The notes under the pieces: model-generated
Databases searched by the model: none
What the model saw: the letters and a program-made list of their open reading frames with translations, nothing else
What the model was told of the DNA's origin: nothing
Shown: in pieces, positions 57,608-64,000 of the stretch
Layout: each line of letters starts with the position of its first letter
Position numbering within the stretch: the stretch's first letter is position 1
Program-made: the position numbers and the translations under genes
NCBI GenBank assembly: GCA_011605725.1
Contig: JAAOZP010000012.1
Span: forward strand, 32,001 to 96,000
Direction: 5' to 3'
Source of the DNA: Nitrososphaerota archaeon
Lineage (GTDB): Archaea > Thermoproteota > EX4484-205 > JAAOZP01
DNA length: 64,000 bases

Positions 57608-58996
57608 ATGAAATGTTTTTATAGGGAACTTCTTTTGCAGTTGAGAATGAATAAAGGATCCGGCAACGCTAAGAATGAATTCAGGAAACTAGCAAGGGAA
57701 AGGATCTTAGCAATGCCTGATCAGCAGAGGAGGGAGAAGAGCTCAAGGGTGGTCTCGAATCTTAAAAGTCTAGAGGAGTTTTCGAGAGCGAAGTGCGTCA
57801 TGGTTTACGTTTCTAAAGAGGATGAAGTTGACACGATCAGGCTCATTACTGATATGTTGAAATCAGGTAAAAGAGTTGTGGTGCCCCTTGTTGATGAAGG
57901 AAGCGGGGAGCTGGTTCCATGCGAGATATCAGCTCTCGAAGAGCTGGTTGCCGGAACATTCGGCGTGATGGAGCCGGATCAGAAGAACATGAGAATCGTT
58001 AGCATGGATGAAATAGACCTTGTGGTGGTTCCTGGAAGAGCTTTCGACAGAAATTGCAACAGGCTTGGCAGAGGAAAGGGTTATTTCGACAGGTTTTTAA
58101 AGAGGTTTGGTAAAGGGAAGAAGGTAATTGGTTTAGCCTTTTCTGAACAGGTTTTCGAAAAAATACCGGTTGACGAGAACGATGTGAAGGTTGACATCGT
58201 GGTTACTGAATCCAGCATTATACGGCGCGACTCAGGAGAAACGAGAACAAGCATAAATAGAAAAAAGTTCGACGTACATAAGCTTGCTACCACCTCCCTG
58301 TTCACAGCGCTCTTCATCGTGCTAAGGGCAATCCCAGCATTCCCTATCATAGGTGTACCTGGAGGAAGCTTCCCGGTTTCAGATGCCATTCAGCCGCTTT
58401 ACGGCGTCTTGCTAGACCCAGTTCACGGTGCAACCGTAATCCTCCTTGGGACAATTCTCGGTTTCTCAATAAAGCCTCCTAGGTTCCTCTATCTAGACTT
58501 CCTACCACCGCTCGTCAACACTTTGACTGTGAGTTTACTCTGGAGGGGGAAAACATGGTTAGCACTCCTTATTTATTTTTCCGTATTAACCGCTTTCATG
58601 ACAAGCCCGTTTAGCCTACTCCTTCTACGCCTCAACCTTTTTGGCTTAGAGGTGGAACTGCCGTTTCACTGGCTGCACCTAACCGCAATACCCCTATCTC
58701 TGATTCTCATCAGACTTAGCAGTTTTAAGCTTAAGGTTGATCGAATTGTATTGAAGTTTTCAGGATGCGCCCTACTCGGAACCATGGCGCAACACTCTAT
58801 GGGTAGTTCTCTTTTCGAATACGTGTACGGCTTAACCGGAATGATAAACAGAGAAGGGTTTGAAAAAATCTGGTATATGGTCTTCTGGATATATCCCATA
58901 GAGAGGATGCTTCTAGTCCTAGCCAGCACGCTGGTTGGAGTACCTGCTACACGAGTATTGACCAAGATAATATGGAGGTCTCAGAATCCATCGTAA
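57608..58996 (+). CDS. 5-formyltetrahydrofolate cyclo-ligase fused to an ECF S-component-like membrane domain (start probably ATG 57647)
   Basis: EVDT, FGVMEP, VPGRAFD-RLGRGKGYFDRFL and DIVVTE, followed in frame by about 6-7 TM helices (LFTALF, PLYGVLLDP..G). Confidence 0.85.
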   Translation: MKCFYRELLLQLRMNKGSGNAKNEFRKLARERILAMPDQQRREKSSRVVSNLKSLEEFSRAKCVMVYVSKEDEVDTIRLITDMLKSGKRVVVPLVDEGSGELVPCEISALEELVAGTFGVMEPDQKNMRIVSMDEIDLVVVPGRAFDRNCNRLGRGKGYFDRFLKRFGKGKKVIGLAFSEQVFEKIPVDENDVKVDIVVTESSIIRRDSGETRTSINRKKFDVHKLATTSLFTALFIVLRAIPAFPIIGVPGGSFPVSDAIQPLYGVLLDPVHGATVILLGTILGFSIKPPRFLYLDFLPPLVNTLTVSLLWRGKTWLALLIYFSVLTAFMTSPFSLLLLRLNLFGLEVELPFHWLHLTAIPLSLILIRLSSFKLKVDRIVLKFSGCALLGTMAQHSMGSSLFEYVYGLTGMINREGFEKIWYMVFWIYPIERMLLVLASTLVGVPATRVLTKIIWRSQNPS

Positions 58997-60309
58997 GGCT
59001 CACCTGACCATATTGGTCTTGCTTCCCCAACGGTGAAAACCGAGCCCGTAACCAGTATTCTACCTTCTTCCCCAGCACGCGATAATGCTAGAGCCACTGC
59101 CTCTCTAACAGTCGGCTCAGAACAGTATTTAGCATTCATACTCTTCAAAACATCTGCCATGCTCTCAATCGGAAGAGCTCTTCCCATGACGCCATGCTGA
59201 GTCAGGATGAACTCGTCCGTGATCCTTGCGACAGACCTGAGAATCTTATCATACTCTTTATCTGAAGAAATACTAACAACTGTTTTAAACCTGGCTCCCG
59301 GCAACATCTCCTCTATGCTCGAAGCTAATGCTTCAGCAGCCGCCGGATCCTTTGCACAATCCAATATGACTAAAGGGTGTTTGCTAATGGGCTCCAGCCT
59401 CCCTGGCCAAACAACGTTAGCAAGACCCCTTCTCACGGCTTCCTCATTGAAGTTTGATTCACCCCTTAGCTCTGAGAACTTCAGATAGCTAGCTATGGCC
59501 GTCGACACGTTTACTGCCTGAAAACTCCCCCTGAGCGAAACCTTAAGGTTCTCTAACAGTGTTCCCGCAAGTTCAACATTCAAAGTTATCCCGGTCAAGT
59601 CAGACTTTAAAACCCTGTGCTTAACATCCCTAGGTACTAAGGTGAGCTCTGAGCCCAATTCCCTGCAGCGTTCCTCCACGACCTTAAGCGCTGGGCCTGA
59701 ACAAGCCGATACAGTTGGGCGTCCACGCCTTATTATGCCTGCTTTCTCAAAAGCTATTTTCTCAACAGTATCACCCAGGTGCTTCATATGCTCTAAAGAA
59801 ACATTGGTTATGACTGAGAGCACTGGGTCACACGCGTTTGTCGCATCAAGCCTGCCTCCCATACCAACCTCGACGACAGCTACATCAACATGCTTCATCG
59901 AGAAATATTTATACGCCATGGAGACGTTGCACTCGAAAAAAGTTGGGAAACGTCCTAACCTTTGCGAAACTTTTTCACCAGCCTTTTTAACCTCCTCATA
60001 GGTCTCCACGACTTCTCTCCTAGTTATTTCCCGGCCATCTACAACTATTCTCTCTGTGAACCGGCAGAGGTGCGGCTTCGTGAACGTTCCAACCTTAAGA
60101 CCTTCCTCGCGTAGGATTGAGCTGATCATGCTGACGGTAGAGCCCTTCCCATTAGTACCTCCTACTAGGATTACAGGATAATCCTGCTCCGGGTTTCCAA
60201 GCTCGTTTAAAAGCCCCTTAACGACGTCCAAGCCTAGTTTTATCCCCCTCAGCTCATAGAGCTCCTTTAGAACCCGCAGGTACTCAAGGTCATCGGTCCA
60301 AGCGCTCAA
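58981..60309 (-). CDS. folC: Folylpolyglutamate synthase/dihydrofolate synthase
   Basis: GTNGKGS, EVGMGGRLDATN, EKAGII, WPGRLE, TGSVFTVGE. Confidence 0.93.
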   Translation of the reverse strand: MSAWTDDLEYLRVLKELYELRGIKLGLDVVKGLLNELGNPEQDYPVILVGGTNGKGSTVSMISSILREEGLKVGTFTKPHLCRFTERIVVDGREITRREVVETYEEVKKAGEKVSQRLGRFPTFFECNVSMAYKYFSMKHVDVAVVEVGMGGRLDATNACDPVLSVITNVSLEHMKHLGDTVEKIAFEKAGIIRRGRPTVSACSGPALKVVEERCRELGSELTLVPRDVKHRVLKSDLTGITLNVELAGTLLENLKVSLRGSFQAVNVSTAIASYLKFSELRGESNFNEEAVRRGLANVVWPGRLEPISKHPLVILDCAKDPAAAEALASSIEEMLPGARFKTVVSISSDKEYDKILRSVARITDEFILTQHGVMGRALPIESMADVLKSMNAKYCSEPTVREAVALALSRAGEEGRILVTGSVFTVGEARPIWSGEPYDGF

Positions 60310-60595
60310 TTATTGGAACACCCCCTTCAGCGCACCGAGGGAAACGCATCCTCACCATCATTTCGTATCGTTGGAAATCGCCTTGTTTAAATGTCTTACT
60401 GAGATGTGTTGAACATTGAAAATATGCTGGTTTCATCATTCCCCGCTGGATGGAAGCACGGCTTAAGCCAGGATGAGCTTTGAACAATTCTAAAAGAGTA
60501 AACCGTTCACTATTTCGCGGTGAGCAACCGGCATGTGCCGGTGAAGAAGCATCTGATGAAAATCTTTAAAAAAGCAGGATGAGGAAGGGTTCATC

Positions 60596-61453
60596 ATGGA
60601 GTATAGAGTTCTAGGCAGAACAGGCTTCAAGGTAAGCATTCTCGCAATAGGGGGCTGCGGCCCTGGGATGGCTCCGAACACGGAGGAGGGTGTTAAGGCG
60701 TTTGAAAACGCTGTTGAGAACGGTCTTAACATGGTTGACGTAGCACCAAGCTACGGAGACGCGGAGACCAGGCTTGGGCAAGTAATAAGGAGGAACCGTA
60801 GCAGGCTGGTCATAACAGAGAAAACGCTTGAGAGAACCAGGGAGGGTGCATGGAGGGAACTGCGGCAAACCCTGTCTCGTTTCAACGTTGAAAACCTAGA
60901 TGTATACCAGTTTCACGCAGTCAGCACGCTGGAGGAGCTTGAAAAGATTTTCAGCGAAGACGGTGCTATGAAAGCTTTCCTAGAGGCCCGTGAACAGGGA
61001 TTAATAAGGTACATAGGGATAACAGCCCATTCCGACATGAGGATTGTCGTTAAAGCCCTTGAAAAATTCGACTTCGACACCGTGCTGATACCCGTAAACG
61101 TTGGAAGCATGATTGCCCCTGCTCCGGAGAACGGTTTCAACCCGGTTTTAAAAATCGCGAGGGATAGGGATATAGGGGTTATCGCTATAAAGGCGGTTTC
61201 AAAAGGAAGGTGGACCGGCGAGAGGAAATACCAGACATGGTACGAACCCATGGATGAGCAGGAGGATATTGACAAGGCTGTTTGGTTCACGCTTTCCCAA
61301 GAGCCGGTTTCAACCTACTCCATGGCATGCGACGTAAGGCTTTGGCCGAAGATAATAAGCGCGGGCAAAAGGTTTAGAAGACTCTCTGGAGAAGAGCAGG
61401 AAGCAGTTGTAAACTATTTCAAGGCTAAGGGAGTGAAGCCTCTTTTCCCATAG
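60596..61453 (+). CDS. Aldo/keto reductase
   Basis: YRVLGRTG, DVAPSYG, YQFH, IGITAH. Confidence 0.9.
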   Translation: MEYRVLGRTGFKVSILAIGGCGPGMAPNTEEGVKAFENAVENGLNMVDVAPSYGDAETRLGQVIRRNRSRLVITEKTLERTREGAWRELRQTLSRFNVENLDVYQFHAVSTLEELEKIFSEDGAMKAFLEAREQGLIRYIGITAHSDMRIVVKALEKFDFDTVLIPVNVGSMIAPAPENGFNPVLKIARDRDIGVIAIKAVSKGRWTGERKYQTWYEPMDEQEDIDKAVWFTLSQEPVSTYSMACDVRLWPKIISAGKRFRRLSGEEQEAVVNYFKAKGVKPLFP

Positions 61454-61507
61454 GGTTTAGCAAGCCAGCACCGCGAACAGCCTTAACCTATCTGCCTTAT
61501 TTTCAAG

Positions 61508-62185
61508 CTATTTTAAAACCATTTTAGCATCTACAACAGTCGCGCTAGTCTGATTCAAAACAACCGGGTTTGCATCTAAGCCAAGAATATGCTTCCCATA
61601 TTCCTCCCCTATTGCTGAAAACCTTAAAACCAGATTCACGAATGCGGCCTTGTTAACCCGTATATTCCTGAAGCCCTCCAGCAGTCCCCTGCCTTTCAAC
61701 TCGCTTATCATTTCAAGCACGTCCACCCTTGAAACGGGAACCACTCTGGTCGAAATATCCTTATAGATTTCAGTATATATTCCTCCGATTCCAATCATTA
61801 TACACATTCCGAAGTAATCGTCGTGAATCAGGCCGCAGATCATATCTACGTTTCCACTCACCATCTCCTCAACCAGCAGAGTTTCCCCTCCAAACTTCTC
61901 TCTGAAAACCTTGACGGAACGCTTGAGCTCAGACATACTCCTTATGTTCAGTAAAACTCCACCCACATCCGTCTTATGGATAAACCTGTTGGAAGAAACC
62001 TTAAGGACAACGGGGAATCGTAAAACTCCTGCTTTACTTAAATCCGAAATTTTCTCGACCACCACAAAACGGGGAACAGTTATTCCTTGGCTTTTCAGAA
62101 ACGGCTTAACCAGATGCTCCGGTATATTCTTGCTTCCGGTCTCGGAAGCATAGTTCAAAATCCTTTTAAAAAATTTCTCGCTCAT
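61508..62185 (-). CDS. acdB: Acetate--CoA ligase (ADP-forming) beta subunit
   Basis: FPVVLK, HKTDVGGV, VEEM, GGIYTE, LDANP, VDAK ATP-grasp motifs. Confidence 0.88.
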   Translation of the reverse strand: MSEKFFKRILNYASETGSKNIPEHLVKPFLKSQGITVPRFVVVEKISDLSKAGVLRFPVVLKVSSNRFIHKTDVGGVLLNIRSMSELKRSVKVFREKFGGETLLVEEMVSGNVDMICGLIHDDYFGMCIMIGIGGIYTEIYKDISTRVVPVSRVDVLEMISELKGRGLLEGFRNIRVNKAAFVNLVLRFSAIGEEYGKHILGLDANPVVLNQTSATVVDAKMVLK

Positions 62186-63681
62186 CCTGCTCCACTTCTG
62201 TTCTTCCCTATTTTTAATAAATACTTTCCCCTCTCGTAAAGAACACGGAGAGAGAGAACTGCACGCCTTATGTCTGGGAAAACAGGCATGCCTCTGGACT
62301 CAAGCATCCTTATCACCTCCTCTGAATGCAGCCCTCCGATGATGCATGGAACCATCGGTTTCTTACCGTTTTTAAACCACCACCATGCAATCTCAACCAG
62401 CCTGTCCGTAGTGTAAGGAGTTTGAAGCAGTAGAAAAGCAAGTATGCCGTCAGTATTCTCATCCTCGTTCACAATCCTGAAAACATGGTCAAACATCTCG
62501 TCAGTAACGTTCCCAGTAAGGTCGACGGGATTATTCACTGAAGCGAAGCTCGGCAGTTTTTCCCTAAGCCTCTTCTTCGAGTCATGAGAGAGTTCAGCCA
62601 TTCTCAACTCTCCCCCGACGTTTCTATCCTCAATGTAATCAGCCGCGATTACCCCATAGCCTCCACCTGACGTCACCACGACGATGTTTGGACCAAAAAT
62701 CGGCTTCTGGTAGGCAAGAATACGTGAATAGTCGAAGAGTTCCAGAAGATCATTCGCCCTGATCACCCCGACTTGCTTTAAGGCTCCATCCATAGCTTGA
62801 CTCGGCTTAGCCATAGAGCCGGTGTGCAACATAGCTGCCCTCGCACCCGTCTCGGTTCTTCCGGCTTTAAGTATCACTACAGGTTTGTAGGGAGTAATTT
62901 TCCTGCAAAGCTCGAGTAAGCGTCTCCCGTCTGCGAAGCTTTCAATATGCATGCATAACACCTTAGTTTTATCATCCTTGGAAAAGAATTCGAGCATATC
63001 GTTCTCGTTAACGTCCAGCTTGTTGCCCAGGCCGACGAAGGCGGAAATACCATATTGATGGTACTCAGCCATATCCATGAAGCCACTTGCAGAAGCCCCG
63101 CTTTGAGAGATGTAGGCTATTGGACCGTCAGGCGGCCTCCTAGACTTCTCCCTTAGTACAAACATCGTGTCCAGGCTTTCGCTAGGAACATAAACACCCA
63201 GCGTGTTTGGCCCAAGCAACACCATGTTTGTATTAGCGATCCTATTTTTAATCTCTTCCTCCAGTTTACGCCCCTCCTCCCCCGTTTCGCCGAAGCCTGC
63301 GGAGATAACTATAACCGCCTTAACGCTCTTTCTAATGCAATCATCAATCACGCTTGGAACACTTCTAGCAGGCACAGCAATGACCGCGAGATCAACATCC
63401 TCAGGAATATCGCTAACTCTCCCATATGCTTTCACACCGTCAATAGTCTCCTGCTTAATGTTGACAGGATATTTCCTACCGGGAAAACTCTGCAGGTAGC
63501 TCCACATTATCCCGCCTATTTTAAGCCTGTTTGAAGAAGCCCCGATTAAAGCAACGCTTCTAGGATGAATTAAATAGTTTAAGTTAGAATACCTCTCTTT
63601 TACACGCCTACGAGAGGACATTTCTAATCCGTAAGCCGGTTGAACCTGGCTTCGCCGACGCTTGCTGTAGCTCACACTCAA
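62182..63681 (-). CDS. acdA: Acetate--CoA ligase (ADP-forming) alpha subunit
   Basis: ALIGAS, SAGFGE, GPNTLG, SQSGA, phospho-His HTGS, NNPVDLTG. Confidence 0.9.
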   Translation of the reverse strand: MSVSYSKRRRSQVQPAYGLEMSSRRRVKERYSNLNYLIHPRSVALIGASSNRLKIGGIMWSYLQSFPGRKYPVNIKQETIDGVKAYGRVSDIPEDVDLAVIAVPARSVPSVIDDCIRKSVKAVIVISAGFGETGEEGRKLEEEIKNRIANTNMVLLGPNTLGVYVPSESLDTMFVLREKSRRPPDGPIAYISQSGASASGFMDMAEYHQYGISAFVGLGNKLDVNENDMLEFFSKDDKTKVLCMHIESFADGRRLLELCRKITPYKPVVILKAGRTETGARAAMLHTGSMAKPSQAMDGALKQVGVIRANDLLELFDYSRILAYQKPIFGPNIVVVTSGGGYGVIAADYIEDRNVGGELRMAELSHDSKKRLREKLPSFASVNNPVDLTGNVTDEMFDHVFRIVNEDENTDGILAFLLLQTPYTTDRLVEIAWWWFKNGKKPMVPCIIGGLHSEEVIRMLESRGMPVFPDIRRAVLSLRVLYERGKYLLKIGKNRSGAG

Positions 63682-63804
63682 ACCTGTCCCACAGCATTCC
63701 TGAATCAGACTGTTGACCGGACATTGCTATACTGCTCCTCCGAGCGAGCTAGGGTTTTAACTTTTATAACTTTTACTTAGGACCGGAAGGAAGCATGTTC
63801 CATG

Positions 63805-64000
63805 CTATAGGTGTGACGCTATCTTGCTTAAAGAGGCTCTAGCATCCCTCAAGCCTAGTTCAAAAACTATTGGCCCGGTGAACCCAGTCTCCCTTAAGGC
63901 TTTGAAAAAGCCTTCAACATTAAGGTCTCCAGCCCCCAAGGGTAAATGATCCCTGACAACCAGCCTACCATTCTCGACCCGCCTGTAAGCATCGTGCAGA
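63805..64000 (-). CDS. Sugar phosphate isomerase/epimerase family protein, 3' part only
   Basis: Hand translation LHDAYRR...DHLPLGAGDLNVEGFFKALRETGFTGPIVFE...HL*. Confidence 0.8.
   Translation of the reverse strand, partial: LHDAYRRVENGRLVVRDHLPLGAGDLNVEGFFKALRETGFTGPIVFELGLRDARASLSKIASHL

Noticed and set aside
1-64000. CRISPR array, tRNA, rRNA, intact transposase or integrase
   Set aside because: No regularly spaced repeats, cloverleaf/T-loop signatures, or DDE/tyrosine-recombinase motifs were recognised by eye.

Overview
This is an archaeal window. TATA/BRE-type promoters, short or overlapping intergenic gaps, an MtrH-like protein, split ADP-forming acetate-CoA ligase and an AN1 zinc finger point to a thermophilic anaerobic Thermoproteota/TACK lineage. 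The combination of glycan catabolism, corrinoid methyl transfer and a THF methyl branch resembles Ca. Brockarchaeota or Bathyarchaeia; this assignment is inference. Most of the window is carbohydrate catabolism: sialidase-like, GH29, FucI-like, CE4, GHL10 x2, GH123-like, kinases and a glycerol operon. It also holds a folate C1 cluster (metF-like, fhs, mtrH-like, purN, folD, a 5-formyl-THF cyclo-ligase fused to a membrane domain, folC), tldD/tldE, malic enzyme and acdAB. Five observations stand out. (1) Palindromic (GC)4-5 runs recur exactly at junctions where genes are truncated, internally deleted or fused, and three mutated copies also occur. (2) An unannotated 40-aa Cys-rich precursor peptide heads a decayed radical-SAM/ABC RiPP cluster. 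(3) A membrane-anchored N-acetylmuramoyl-L-alanine amidase is flanked by two DigH-like GHL10 hydrolases, a candidate archaeal peptidoglycan-degrading module. (4) A 2.2-kb insert with an HTH-LAGLIDADG gene is bounded by a perfect 41-bp duplication of the tldD 3' end. (5) A candidate nuclease-toxin/immunity pair lies at the left edge. No rRNA, tRNA, CRISPR array or intact transposase/integrase was recognised.
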